64,000 bases of DNA from Roseateles agri. Its GTDB lineage: Bacteria; Pseudomonadota; Gammaproteobacteria; Burkholderiales; Burkholderiaceae_C. The stretch spans positions 452,547-516,546 of the forward strand of contig NZ_JAXCLA010000007.1 in the NCBI RefSeq assembly GCF_034043675.1. Reading direction: 5' to 3'. Below are positions 1-9,341 of the stretch, one piece after another. The notes under the pieces were generated by a model. It ran no database searches, was not told the origin of the DNA, and was given only the letters and a program-made list of their open reading frames with translations. Within the stretch, counting starts at the first letter, position 1. Every line of letters begins with the position of its first letter. The translations under genes were made by a program, and so were the position numbers.

Positions 1-1044
1 CGCGCCGAGCAAGCCGCCAGGCGCGCCGACCCGAACAGCCCGACGCTGATGGGCATCGGCCTCGTGACCTTCACCGAAGTCGTCGGCGCCGGGCCCAGCA
101 AGATGTGCGACATCCTCGGCGTGGGCATGTTCGATTCCTGCGAGATCCGCGTTCACCCGACCGGCAGCGCCATCGCCCGCATGGGCACGATCACGCAGGG
201 CCAGGGCCACCAGACCACGTACGCGCAGATCATCGCCACCGAGCTGGGCATTCCCAGCGAGGTGATCCAGGTGGAGGAGGGCGACACCAGCACCGCGCCC
301 TATGGTCTTGGCACCTACGGCTCGCGCTCCACGCCGGTGGCGGGCGCGGCCATCGCGATGGCCAGTCGCAAGATCTTCGCCAAGGCACGCAAGATCGCCG
401 CGCACCTGCTGGAAGTGGGCGAGAACGATCTCGACTGGGAGATCGATCGCTTCAATGTCAAGGGCGACGACAGCCGCTACAAGACCATGAAGGACATCGC
501 CTGGGCCTCGTACAACAGCCCGCCGCCGGGACTGGAGCCCGGCCTGGAAGCGGTCCACTACTACGACCCGCCGAACTTCACCTATCCCTTCGGCATCTAC
601 CTGGCCGTGGTCGACATCGATCGCGCCACCGGCGAGACGCACGTGCGCCGCTTCTACGCGCTCGACGACTGCGGCACGCGCATCAACCCGATGATCATCG
701 AGGGCCAGATCCATGGCGGCCTCACCGAGGGCTACGCCGTCGCGATGGGCCAGCAGATGCCCTTCGACGCGCAGGGCAACCTGCTCGGCAACACGCTGAT
801 GGACTACTTCCTGCCCACGGCCGTCGAGACGCCGCACTGGGAGACCGACCACACCGTCACGCCCTCGCCGCATCACCCGCTCGGCGCCAAGGGCGTGGCC
901 GAGTCGCCGCACGTGGGCTCGATCCCGACCTTCACCTCGGCCGTCGTCGATGCCTTCGCGCATCTGGGCGTCACGAACATGACGATGCCGCACAGCAGCT
1001 ACCGCGTCTGGCAGCAACTGAAGGCCAGCGGAGTGAATCTCTGA
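1..1044 (+). CDS. coxL: C-terminal fragment of an aerobic CO dehydrogenase / xanthine dehydrogenase family molybdopterin-binding large subunit (5' partial)
   Basis: Frame 1 is open from base 1 to the TGA at 1042-1044. The translation shows typical CoxL/XdhA C-terminal motifs (GQGHQTT..., ...GVAESP...). It is followed by coxG/D/E/F. Confidence 0.85.
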   Translation, partial: RAEQAARRADPNSPTLMGIGLVTFTEVVGAGPSKMCDILGVGMFDSCEIRVHPTGSAIARMGTITQGQGHQTTYAQIIATELGIPSEVIQVEEGDTSTAPYGLGTYGSRSTPVAGAAIAMASRKIFAKARKIAAHLLEVGENDLDWEIDRFNVKGDDSRYKTMKDIAWASYNSPPPGLEPGLEAVHYYDPPNFTYPFGIYLAVVDIDRATGETHVRRFYALDDCGTRINPMIIEGQIHGGLTEGYAVAMGQQMPFDAQGNLLGNTLMDYFLPTAVETPHWETDHTVTPSPHHPLGAKGVAESPHVGSIPTFTSAVVDAFAHLGVTNMTMPHSSYRVWQQLKASGVNL

Positions 1045-1664
1045 TGGAAGTCACTCTCGACAAGCGCTACCCGGTCGTTGCGGGCATCGACCAGGCCTGG
1101 GCCGTGCTGCAGGACATCAACGCGACGGCGGCCTGCATGCCCGGCGCCGCCATCACCGAGCAGATCGATGCCAGCCACTACAAGGGCACGGTCAAGAGCA
1201 AGGTCGGCCCCTCGACCTTGATGTTCGGCGGCGACATCGAGGTGCTGGGCCTCGACGCGCAAGCGCGCCAGCTGCACATGCTGGGCAAGGGTTCCGACAA
1301 GAGCGGCTCCTCGGCCTCGATGGATCTGACGGCCCATCTTGAAGCGGGCGAGGCGCCGGGCAGCTGTGTGCTCGTAGGCCATGCCGTGATCATCGTGAAC
1401 GGCAAGCTGGCGCAGTTCGGCAGCCGGCTGCTGGTGCCGGTGTCCGACGTGATGCTGGGGCAGTTCGCCACCAACTTCAGCGCGGCTGCGGCGGCGGTGC
1501 CGGTGGTGGCCGTGCCTGTGGTGGCGGAAGCGCCGGTGGCTCCTGTAGCGCCGGTGCCCGCCGCCAAACCCGCGAACGAACCTGCCAACGAACTGAACGC
1601 CTTCAGCTTCGGCTGGGCCGTGCTCAAGAGCTGGTTTGCCGGCCTGTTCGGCAAACGCGCGTGA
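1044..1664 (+). CDS. coxG: CO dehydrogenase subunit G, SRPBCC family
   Basis: ATG at 1044 overlaps the coxL stop (ATGA). The product MEVTLDKRYPVVAGIDQAW... has an Ala/Pro/Val-rich C-terminal tail typical of CoxG. Confidence 0.8.
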   Translation: MEVTLDKRYPVVAGIDQAWAVLQDINATAACMPGAAITEQIDASHYKGTVKSKVGPSTLMFGGDIEVLGLDAQARQLHMLGKGSDKSGSSASMDLTAHLEAGEAPGSCVLVGHAVIIVNGKLAQFGSRLLVPVSDVMLGQFATNFSAAAAAVPVVAVPVVAEAPVAPVAPVPAAKPANEPANELNAFSFGWAVLKSWFAGLFGKRA

Positions 1665-1671
1665 GCCTGTC

Positions 1672-2577
1672 ATGGCCGAGCCCGTGAACACCGACGCCCA
1701 CCTGCGCGAGCGCCTGCACGAGGCCGGCTACATCGCCGACGAAGGCCTGGCCACGACGCTGTGGCTGTCCTCCCAACTGCAGCGCCCGCTGCTCGTCGAG
1801 GGCGACGCCGGCGTGGGCAAGACCGCGCTGGCGCTGGGCCTGGCGCGCGCTGGCGGCCGCCGGCTGATCCGGCTGCAATGCCATGAGGGCCTCGACCTCT
1901 CGCAGGCCGCCTACGAGTGGAACTACGGCCGCCAACTGCTGGCCATCCGCGCGCACGAGACGCAGCCCACCGGCATCCGCGAAAGCGATCTGTTCGCCCG
2001 CAGCTACCTGCTGGAGCGGCCGCTGCTGCAGGCCATCTCCAGCGACGAGCCCTGCGTGCTGCTGATCGACGAGATCGACCGCGCCGACGATGCCTTCGAG
2101 GCCTATCTGCTCGAAGTGCTGGCCGACTACCAGATCACCGTGCCCGAGCTGGGCACGCTGCGCGCCACGCACGTCCCGCAGGTCGTGCTCACCAGCAACG
2201 GCACGCGCGAGCTGTCGGACGCGCTGCGCCGCCGCTGCCTCTACCACTGGCTCGACTACCCGACCCTGGCGCGCGAGATCGCCATCGTCCGCACCACCTT
2301 GCCGCAGGCCGAGTCGCAATTGGTGGAGCAGGCCGTTGCCTTCGTGCAGCGCCTGCGCAAGGAGGATCTCGGCAAGACGCCCGGCGTCGCGGAGACGCTC
2401 GACTGGGTGCGCGCGCTGCACAGCCTGCGGCTGCAGGGCCTGCCCGACGACCCCTACGCGCTGATGCCCACGCTCGGCTGCCTGCTCAAGACGCGGGAGG
2501 ACCTGTACCAGCTGAGCCCGCAGCGCGTGCTGCAGCTGGTCGAGCGGCAGCGCATCGAAGGCGTGGCCAGCCTATGA
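1672..2577 (+). CDS. coxD: MoxR-like AAA+ ATPase
   Basis: Walker A GDAGVGKT and Walker B LLIDEID are present. It lies between coxG and the VWA gene. Confidence 0.85.
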   Translation: MAEPVNTDAHLRERLHEAGYIADEGLATTLWLSSQLQRPLLVEGDAGVGKTALALGLARAGGRRLIRLQCHEGLDLSQAAYEWNYGRQLLAIRAHETQPTGIRESDLFARSYLLERPLLQAISSDEPCVLLIDEIDRADDAFEAYLLEVLADYQITVPELGTLRATHVPQVVLTSNGTRELSDALRRRCLYHWLDYPTLAREIAIVRTTLPQAESQLVEQAVAFVQRLRKEDLGKTPGVAETLDWVRALHSLRLQGLPDDPYALMPTLGCLLKTREDLYQLSPQRVLQLVERQRIEGVASL

Positions 2578-3740
2578 GCGCCATGCTGGCCCAGCACGCC
2601 CGCCCGCTGGAGGCCATCGGCGGCTTCGCGGCCCTGCTGCGCGAACACGGCATGAAGGTCGGCATCGCCGAGCAGATCGCCTTCGTGCGTGCGGCGCTGC
2701 TGCTGCCGGGCGGCCGGGCCCAGCAGCTCAGCAGCGCCTGGCGCGCCATCGCCTGCCGCGACCGGCGCGACTGGCGCCAGTGGCCGGAGCTGTTCGAGCG
2801 CTACTGGCAGCCCGAGCGCGTCAAGGGCAAGGTCAGCGTGAGCGGGCGGACACGGCCTTCGCGCGATCTGCGCCAGGCGGTGCGGGCGCTGCACGATGCG
2901 TTGAGCGGCGGGCCCGGCGGCAGCGGCTCGCTGGACAGCGCGCTCGATGTGCCCGAAGGCGGCGCTGACGAAGTCGCGTCGCAGCCGCGCGCCCAAGGCG
3001 GCGCGAGCCGCACTGAGGCCTTACACGACCGCTCGATGGCGATGTGGATGCCGCAGGATCTGACCCAGCTGGAGCAGCTCGCCGCACGCATGGCGGAACG
3101 CCTGCGCAAGCGCCTCACGCGGCGTTGGCAGGACGCACCGGCCGGCCGCCGGCTCGACCTGCGCCGCACGCTCCGCAGGAGCCTCGCCACCGGCGGCGTG
3201 CCCATCCAGCCGGCGTGGCGACGCCCGCGCCGCGAGCGCCCGCGGCTCTTCATCCTGGTCGACGTGAGCCGCTCGATGCAAACGCATGCGCAGCTGTTCC
3301 TGCGCATCGCGCGGGCCTTCGTGGGCACGGCCGATGCGCGTGTCTTCGTGTTCCACACGCGCCTGATCGAGATCACGCCGCTGCTGCAGCGCGACTCGGG
3401 AACGGTGCAGGAGAAGGTCAACGCGGTCACCGCCGGCTTTGGCGGCGGCACGCGCATCGCCACGAGTCTGGCCGATTTCCAGCGCAGCCATGCGCGCGCG
3501 CAGCTCGGTCGGGGCGCGCGCGTCTGGCTGCTCTCCGACGGCTTCGATGCCGACGAGCCGGACCAACTGCCCGAGCAGATGCGGCTGCTGCGCCGCCGTG
3601 GCGCACGCATCACCTGGTTCCATCCCACGGCCGCGGCGCCAGCCTCGGCCGCGGTGCAGGGCTGCGCCGGCCTGATCGAGAGTTTCGTGCCCCTGTCTTC
3701 GCTGCGCGATCTGGCGCGCGCCGAGGCGCTGATCCATTGA
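2574..3740 (+). CDS. coxE: VWA-domain protein, CoxE-like
   Basis: ATGA overlap with coxD. The C-terminal VWA/MIDAS motif is LFILVDVSRSM. Confidence 0.8.
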   Translation: MSAMLAQHARPLEAIGGFAALLREHGMKVGIAEQIAFVRAALLLPGGRAQQLSSAWRAIACRDRRDWRQWPELFERYWQPERVKGKVSVSGRTRPSRDLRQAVRALHDALSGGPGGSGSLDSALDVPEGGADEVASQPRAQGGASRTEALHDRSMAMWMPQDLTQLEQLAARMAERLRKRLTRRWQDAPAGRRLDLRRTLRRSLATGGVPIQPAWRRPRRERPRLFILVDVSRSMQTHAQLFLRIARAFVGTADARVFVFHTRLIEITPLLQRDSGTVQEKVNAVTAGFGGGTRIATSLADFQRSHARAQLGRGARVWLLSDGFDADEPDQLPEQMRLLRRRGARITWFHPTAAAPASAAVQGCAGLIESFVPLSSLRDLARAEALIH

Positions 3741-3751
3741 AGGACACCGAC

Positions 3752-4657
3752 ATGACTGCCACCTCGCTCGATTGGATTTCTTCGGCTGAGCGGCTGCGCG
3801 CCGCGGGCCAGCCCTTCGCGCTGGTGAGCGTGGTGCGCGTGGTGGCGCCCAGCTCCGCGCGACCGGGCGACAAGGCGCTCGTCACGGCGGACGGCCGCAT
3901 CGACGGCTGGATCGGCGGCGGCTGCTCGCAGCCCGCCGTCGTGCGCACCGTGCGCCAGTCGCTGCAGGACGGCCAGCCGCGGATGATCCGCATCGCGCCG
4001 GCGGCCGAGGGCCACGAGCGCGAGCTGAGCGACTTGCTGGAGTTCGGCATGGCATGCCATTCGGGCGGCACGGTCGAGCTCTTCATCGACCCCGTGCTGC
4101 CGCCGGCGCATCTCGTCGTCGTCGGCGATTCGCCGGTGGCGGTCTCGCTGGCGGAGCTGGCGCCGCGGGTCGGCCTCACGGTCACGGTGATCGCGCACGA
4201 TGCCGATGCGAGCCGCTTCGCCGATGCTCGCCAGGTGCTGGTCACCGATGACGCGATCGCCTTCGCCGGCGAGGTGGAGGCGGGCGCCTTTGTCGTCGTT
4301 GCCACGCAGGGTCGGCGCGATCTGCAGGGCCTGCATGCGGCGCTGTCGTTGAAGGCCCGCAAGATCTTCTTCGTGGCCAGCGCGCGCAAGGCCGACGTGC
4401 TGCGCCGGACGCTGCTCGAGTCCGAGCACGACCAGGCCGAGGTGGACGCCATCGTCGCGCCGGCCGGCCAGGCGATCGGCGCGCAGACGCCGCAGGAGAT
4501 CGCGCTGGCCGTTCTGGCCGCGGTGATCGCCGCGCGGCGCAACGCGCCGGAGAAAGAGGTCGTCGAATCGCCGCGCGCCAAGCCGTCGGTCCTGCCGCTA
4601 CCCGAGCTGGCGCCGATCGCCGGCTCCTGCTGCGGTGGCGGCGCCGCGAAGGAGTGA
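3752..4657 (+). CDS. coxF: XdhC/CoxF-family molybdenum-cofactor insertion chaperone
   Basis: XdhC_CoxI N-terminal and Rossmann domains. A Cys-rich C terminus is present. Confidence 0.8.
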   Translation: MTATSLDWISSAERLRAAGQPFALVSVVRVVAPSSARPGDKALVTADGRIDGWIGGGCSQPAVVRTVRQSLQDGQPRMIRIAPAAEGHERELSDLLEFGMACHSGGTVELFIDPVLPPAHLVVVGDSPVAVSLAELAPRVGLTVTVIAHDADASRFADARQVLVTDDAIAFAGEVEAGAFVVVATQGRRDLQGLHAALSLKARKIFFVASARKADVLRRTLLESEHDQAEVDAIVAPAGQAIGAQTPQEIALAVLAAVIAARRNAPEKEVVESPRAKPSVLPLPELAPIAGSCCGGGAAKE

Positions 4658-4663
4658 TCCGGC

Positions 4664-5338
4664 ATGGGCTGCATTCTCAAAGGGGGCGGCGGTCTCTACA
4701 GCCGGCTGGTGGTGGGCGCGGTGGTGCTCGCGGCCGGGGCCGGTGAGCGCATCGGGAATCGTCCCAAGAGCCTGCTGGAGCTGGGCGGCGTGCCGCTGAT
4801 CCGGCGCACGCTGATCGCGCTGTCGGGCGCGGGTGTGGACGAGGTCGTGGTCGTGCTCGGTCACTACGCGGACGTGATCGGCCCGGCGGTCGAAAGCTTC
4901 CCGGTCACCGTCGTCCGCAATCCGCGGCCCGAGGACGGGCAGGTGTCCTCGCAACGGCTCGGCCTCGCCGCGCTGGCCGGCAAGCTGGACGCCGTGATGG
5001 TCGTGCTGGCCGATCAGCCGCTGCTCAACGCGCAAGATATCGGCGCGTTGATCGGCGCCTGGAAGAAGCGGAGCGAAGGCGCGGCCGTGGTCTACCCCGA
5101 GGTGCAGGGCGAGCGCGGCAACCCGGTGATGTTCAGCGCCGATGTCCGGGAGCAGATCCTCGCCGGCGCGGCCAACGCGGGCTGCCGCCAATGGCAGGTG
5201 AAGCACCCGGAGCTGGTGCAGCCCTTCGTCACCGACAACCGCCGCTACCGCGTGGACATCGATACGCCGGAAGACCTCGAACGCTTCGAGCGTGAGACGG
5301 GCCACGCACTGCGCTGGCCCGCCGGCGTGGCCGCCTGA
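4664..5338 (+). CDS. MobA-like NTP transferase (molybdenum cofactor cytidylyltransferase, MocA-like)
   Basis: LAAGAGERIG... nucleotidyltransferase motif. An AAGGAG RBS sits 6 nt upstream. Confidence 0.75.
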   Translation: MGCILKGGGGLYSRLVVGAVVLAAGAGERIGNRPKSLLELGGVPLIRRTLIALSGAGVDEVVVVLGHYADVIGPAVESFPVTVVRNPRPEDGQVSSQRLGLAALAGKLDAVMVVLADQPLLNAQDIGALIGAWKKRSEGAAVVYPEVQGERGNPVMFSADVREQILAGAANAGCRQWQVKHPELVQPFVTDNRRYRVDIDTPEDLERFERETGHALRWPAGVAA

Positions 5339-5344
5339 TCCGCG

Positions 5345-6064
5345 ATGCACCCGGCGGCTCTGCGAACCTGCGGCGCGGCCCTGCTGATCGGCTGCTGGTT
5401 CTCGCTGGGCGAACTGGGGCAAGTCTTGACCCCCACGCTGGCCGGCGGCCTGATGCCGATCGCGGCCTGGCTGGCTTGCATCGGCTTGCTGCTGCACTTC
5501 GGGCACCAGGCGCGCTGGTTCCGCGTCGGGAGCTGCATGCCGGTCGTGAGCCGCATTCCCTGGAGGCAGCCGAGGGCCTGGCCGGCGTTCTGCGCCCGGT
5601 GCGCGATGCTGCCGATGATGGCGACCCTGCCGCTGATGGCGCTGTGGTGCGGGGGTTATGGCCTACAGCCCTGGCAGTCGCTGGCGCTGCACCTATCGGC
5701 GATGGTGTTGCCGCCGCTGGCGATCCGCCGGTTGAGCCGATGGGTGGACGAGCCCGCCTGCATCGCTGCGGCGATGGCGCTGGGCGTCGTGTTGCTGCTG
5801 GCATTGCCGGGCCTGCGCGGGCTGATGGCGCTGTCGCTATGCCAGTCGGTGGCCTGGGGCCTGGCCAGCTTCGACCGTGGCGGGCCCACGGCGGAGCGGG
5901 GCGCTGCACGGCGACTGCCTTGGGTCTTCGCGCTGGGTCCGGCGCTTGCGGCCCTGGCGCTCGGCCTTGCGATCGACATCGCCGGCCCGCAGGCGCTGGT
6001 CGTTGTCCAGGCCTCGCTGAGTCTCGTGGCCTGCTCCGGATTTCTGCTGGGGCGATCTTGTTGA
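5345..6064 (+). CDS. hypothetical polytopic membrane protein
   Basis: Several ~20-aa hydrophobic segments. No recognisable family, and the start is uncertain. Confidence 0.45.
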   Translation: MHPAALRTCGAALLIGCWFSLGELGQVLTPTLAGGLMPIAAWLACIGLLLHFGHQARWFRVGSCMPVVSRIPWRQPRAWPAFCARCAMLPMMATLPLMALWCGGYGLQPWQSLALHLSAMVLPPLAIRRLSRWVDEPACIAAAMALGVVLLLALPGLRGLMALSLCQSVAWGLASFDRGGPTAERGAARRLPWVFALGPALAALALGLAIDIAGPQALVVVQASLSLVACSGFLLGRSC

Positions 6065-6088
6065 CATCAATCTACCAACTAGTAGAAT
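6061..6088 (+). promoter_or_regulatory. sigma70 promoter TTGACA-16-TAGAAT with an overlapping imperfect palindrome CTACCAACTAGTAG; the tetR ATG lies 7 nt downstream (leaderless)
   Basis: Sequence read directly. The motif is related to the CCTACTAGTAGG palindrome at 6737-6748. Confidence 0.6.
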
Positions 6089-6094
6089 GCATGC

Positions 6095-6682
6095 ATGTCA
6101 GCAGAACTCTCACCCAAGGCCGCGGAGATCGTCGCGCACACGCGATCGCTGCTGGTCCGTGGCGGATACAACAGCTTCAGCTATGCGGACCTCGCCGAGC
6201 GGGTCAGCATCTCCAAGGCCAGCATCCATCATCACTTCCCGAGCAAGGCGGTGCTGGTCCAGACCGTGATTGCGCTGTATCGCCAGGAGGCGAAGACGGC
6301 GCTCGGATCGCTGCAAGGCCACTTCGACGATCCGCTGTCCGAACTCAATGCCTACGCGGACTACTGGGCCGGCTGCATCCGCAGCGGCGAGTCGCCGTTC
6401 TGCATCTGCGCCGTGCTGGCGACGGAACTGCCCAGCGTGCCCGATGAAGTCGCGGTGGAGGTGAGGGCGCATTTCCGCGACCTGAACGAATGGCTGGCGG
6501 CGCTGCTGAAGCGCGGTGTCGAGCGTGGCCAGTTCCACCTGCTCAACAGCCCGGCCGTGTCGGCGCAGGCCTTCATGGCGGTCGTGCATGGGGCGATGCT
6601 GATGGCCCGCGCGCTGGACGATCCCAAGGTCTTCCCCGCGGTCGTGCAACCGGCGATCCTGAAGCTCACCCAGTCGACCTGA
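6095..6682 (+). CDS. TetR/AcrR family transcriptional regulator
   Basis: N-terminal HTH FSYADLAERVSISKASIHHHF. Confidence 0.85.
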   Translation: MSAELSPKAAEIVAHTRSLLVRGGYNSFSYADLAERVSISKASIHHHFPSKAVLVQTVIALYRQEAKTALGSLQGHFDDPLSELNAYADYWAGCIRSGESPFCICAVLATELPSVPDEVAVEVRAHFRDLNEWLAALLKRGVERGQFHLLNSPAVSAQAFMAVVHGAMLMARALDDPKVFPAVVQPAILKLTQST

Positions 6683-6695
6683 ATTCACCCACCGG

Positions 6696-6723
6696 TGGCG
6701 GCTCTTTTGGCCGCCATTTTTTT
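6696..6723 (+). terminator. rho-independent terminator (7-bp GC stem TGGCGGC/GCCGCCA followed by T7)
   Basis: Read directly downstream of tetR. Confidence 0.6.
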
Positions 6724-6736
6724 CTCACGTTAACTA

Positions 6737-6748
6737 CCTACTAGTAGG
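6737..6748. promoter_or_regulatory. 12-bp perfect palindrome CCTACTAGTAGG (candidate TetR operator), 22 nt upstream of the 6770 ATG
   Basis: Read directly. Shares ACTAGTAG with the tetR promoter site. Confidence 0.55.
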
Positions 6749-6769
6749 TTTAAATGGAGACTCATCATC

Positions 6770-7294
6770 ATGGCTCATCCTCTGTCGCCGCTGGGCATTG
6801 CCCACACCCTGATCAGCCTGCTGCCGGTCGTCGCGGGCCTGTACGGCCTGACCCGTGACCGTCGCATCGATGCCGCCAGCGGCGCCGGCAAGCTCTACCT
6901 CGCCGGGCTGACGGTGTCGGTCCTCACCTCCTTCGGTCTGTCGAGCACCGGCGGCATCAACCCCGGCCATGTGCTGGGTGTGCTGGCCTTGCTGGCGGCT
7001 TTCGGCGGTGCGTGGCTGGTGCCGGCGTTCTCGTTCCTCGGGCGGCTGCGGCCCTATCTGCAGGCCTTCGGACTCTCGTTCAGCTTCTTCCTGCTGCTGG
7101 TGCCGGGCATCAACGAGACCTTGACGCGGCTGCCCGCCGCTGCGCCGCTGGCCACCGGTCCGGACGATCCGGTGGTGCGCACGGCGCTGCTGGGCTGGCT
7201 CGTCCTGTTCATCGTCGGCTTCGTGTTGCAGAGCCGCGGCATCCGCCGGGCTACCAGCGCTTCAGGCCCAGCAGCTTCTCGCCGAGCGGAGTGA
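6770..7294 (+). CDS. small integral membrane protein (putative TetR target)
   Basis: GGAGA RBS. Four or five hydrophobic helices. The 3' end overlaps the convergent PhyH gene. Confidence 0.6.
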   Translation: MAHPLSPLGIAHTLISLLPVVAGLYGLTRDRRIDAASGAGKLYLAGLTVSVLTSFGLSSTGGINPGHVLGVLALLAAFGGAWLVPAFSFLGRLRPYLQAFGLSFSFFLLLVPGINETLTRLPAAAPLATGPDDPVVRTALLGWLVLFIVGFVLQSRGIRRATSASGPAASRRAE

Positions 7295-8201
7295 GCTCGG
7301 CGACCCGGCCGTGCTTCTTCTCCCAGCCGCGCGGGTCGCCCGGGAAGCCGGCACGGATCGGCGGTTCCAGTTCGCGCCATGAGGTGATGCGGGCCTCGCG
7401 CTCGGCCGTGTTGGCTTCCTCGGCCGGGAACATCGAGATGTACTGGGCCATCCGCACCTTGTCCTCGGTCATGTTCGGCGCCACGCCATGCGCCAGCAGC
7501 GAGTTGAAGATCATCAGGTCGCCGGGGAACAGTTCGAGCTTCTCCAGCTTGTCCTCGATGCCTGTCATGTCGGGATGGTGCGGATCGCGGTCGGCCGGCT
7601 GGGTCTTGACCCACTCGTCGAAGTGCTCGAAGAGCCAGGGCACGCACTGGAAGCCGCCGATGTCGCCGCCGTCCTGGTGCACCAGCGACAGCACGCCCTG
7701 GACCGAGATCGGCTTGGGCTCGCGCGAGGTGTCGGCGTCCCAGTGGATGAAGCCGTTCGATTTGCGCTTGCCGCGGTTGGGCGTGTTGAGGTTGGCGCGA
7801 TCGATCGCCACCCACAGGTCCTCGATGTCCCAGATGTCCACGAAGGCGTCGTAGACCCGCTGCTGCATGCGGTTGTCCCACAGCAGCTGATGGTTGTAGA
7901 TCTCCACCATGCCGGCATAGTTGACGGCGGCCTCCGGGTGCTCGCGCCGCGTCGTGACGTCCCAGGTCGACGGATCCTTCGGGTCCTTCTCCTCGAACTC
8001 CCAGAGCAGCGACTTCAGCCGCTCGACGTTCTCCGCCGGCACGGCATTGCGCACGATGACGTAGCCCCGGCGCTGCCAGTGGGCGAAGTCCTCGGGCGAG
8101 AGAACGCGCAGCGGAAGCCGCTTCTTCAGTTGCGACAGCTGGGTGCTGCTGCGTGTCGATGTGGGGTGGTCGTCCTGGTCGTAGTCGGTCGCGTGTGCCA
8201 T
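7251..8201 (-). CDS. phytanoyl-CoA dioxygenase (PhyH) family Fe(II)/2-oxoglutarate oxygenase
   Basis: PhyH-like sequence with a conserved HxD...H arrangement. Confidence 0.8.
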   Translation of the reverse strand: MAHATDYDQDDHPTSTRSSTQLSQLKKRLPLRVLSPEDFAHWQRRGYVIVRNAVPAENVERLKSLLWEFEEKDPKDPSTWDVTTRREHPEAAVNYAGMVEIYNHQLLWDNRMQQRVYDAFVDIWDIEDLWVAIDRANLNTPNRGKRKSNGFIHWDADTSREPKPISVQGVLSLVHQDGGDIGGFQCVPWLFEHFDEWVKTQPADRDPHHPDMTGIEDKLEKLELFPGDLMIFNSLLAHGVAPNMTEDKVRMAQYISMFPAEEANTAEREARITSWRELEPPIRAGFPGDPRGWEKKHGRVAELTPLGEKLLGLKRW

Positions 8202-8336
8202 CCGTGTCTCCGTCGTCTTCTGTGTGAACTGACGGCCCGAAGGTTAGGCGGGCGGCAAAACGAGCTGTTGTAGGGGACTGGCGACTACTCATACTATTCT
8301 GGCGTTCCTGCTTAAGCGCAGGTCGTACAGAGCACA

Positions 8337-9203
8337 TTGATGAAGCCCTACCTCGAGAGAGTCCCGGTCGCCGATGGCGTGTCCTGCTCAATGCTGCACG
8401 TGCTGCGCGAGCCGATCGCGTTCGAGTGGCACCACCACCCCGAGTACGAGCTGACCCTGACCACCAACTCCCAGGGCCACCGCTTCATCGGCGACCACGT
8501 GGGCACCTACGACGATGGCGACCTGGTGATGGTGGGGCCGAACCTGCCGCACACCTGGTTCTCGTCCAACAAGCTCGACGAGGGCCAGCCCCACCATGTG
8601 ATGGTCATCAAGTTCCGGCCCGAATGGGCACGCGGGCTGATGGACCTGCTGACCGAGCTGCGCGCGATCGGCGCGATGCTGGAGCGCTCGTCGCGCGGCC
8701 TGAAGTTCTCGCCCGAGGCCGCCCGCCGGGCCCGCCCGGCCATCGAGGCCCTGTTCGACAAGCCACCGGCCGAGCGCCTGCTGGACCTGATCGCGATCCT
8801 GCTGGCGCTGTCGTCCGACGCCGCCGCTGAATCGCTCGCCGCGCCCAACCAGGCGTCTTCGGTCACCGATCCGGGCGGCTCGCGCATCGACCGGGTGCTG
8901 GAGCACGTCCACGAGAACTACCGCGACGAGGTCAAGGTGGACGACCTAGCCCGCATCGCCGCGCTCAGCGCCTCGGCCTTCCACCGCATGTTCCTGCGGC
9001 AGACGCGCACGACCTTGACCGAGTACGTAATGCGCCTGCGCATCGGCGAGGCCTGCGCGCAACTGGTGGCGGACGGCCGGCCGATCGCCGGCATCGCGGA
9101 AGCGGTGGGCTACCGCTCGCTCGCCAACTTCGGGCGCCAGTTCAAAGCGCTCAAGGGCCAGACGCCGCGCGAGTACCGCAGCCGCTTCAGCCTGAAGCGC
9201 TGA
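8337..9203 (+). CDS. AraC family transcriptional regulator with N-terminal cupin domain
   Basis: C-terminal AraC HTH (...FHRMFLRQTRTTLTEYVMRLRI...). Confidence 0.85.
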   Translation: MMKPYLERVPVADGVSCSMLHVLREPIAFEWHHHPEYELTLTTNSQGHRFIGDHVGTYDDGDLVMVGPNLPHTWFSSNKLDEGQPHHVMVIKFRPEWARGLMDLLTELRAIGAMLERSSRGLKFSPEAARRARPAIEALFDKPPAERLLDLIAILLALSSDAAAESLAAPNQASSVTDPGGSRIDRVLEHVHENYRDEVKVDDLARIAALSASAFHRMFLRQTRTTLTEYVMRLRIGEACAQLVADGRPIAGIAEAVGYRSLANFGRQFKALKGQTPREYRSRFSLKR

Positions 9204-9341
9204 GGCTGTCCAGGGTTTTCCTGGGTGTTCGATTTTTCGTCGTTCGAATAAATTGGTTTTGCAAGCAAACAAATAGAGACCGAAACGAGAGTCGGTCGTT
9301 TGCTGCGATCAATTCCCAAATACAAACCAGGAGACAGTGAT

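Noticed and set aside
105-1664. 519-aa ORF spanning coxL in an alternative frame
   Set aside because: Only its 3' third (from ATG 1044) is real (coxG). The 5' part is a GC-driven open frame overlapping the well-supported coxL frame.
1917-3740. 607-aa ORF and the overlapping 3044-4657 537-aa ORF
   Set aside because: The real genes start at internal ATGs (2574 coxE, 3752 coxF) that are stop/start-coupled to upstream genes. The N-terminal extensions are Arg/Pro/Ala-rich artefact translations.
2801-4429. 542-aa minus-strand ORF antisense to coxE/coxF
   Set aside because: Antisense to two homologous plus-strand genes. Low-complexity Arg/Ala/Pro composition is typical of a spurious high-GC ORF.
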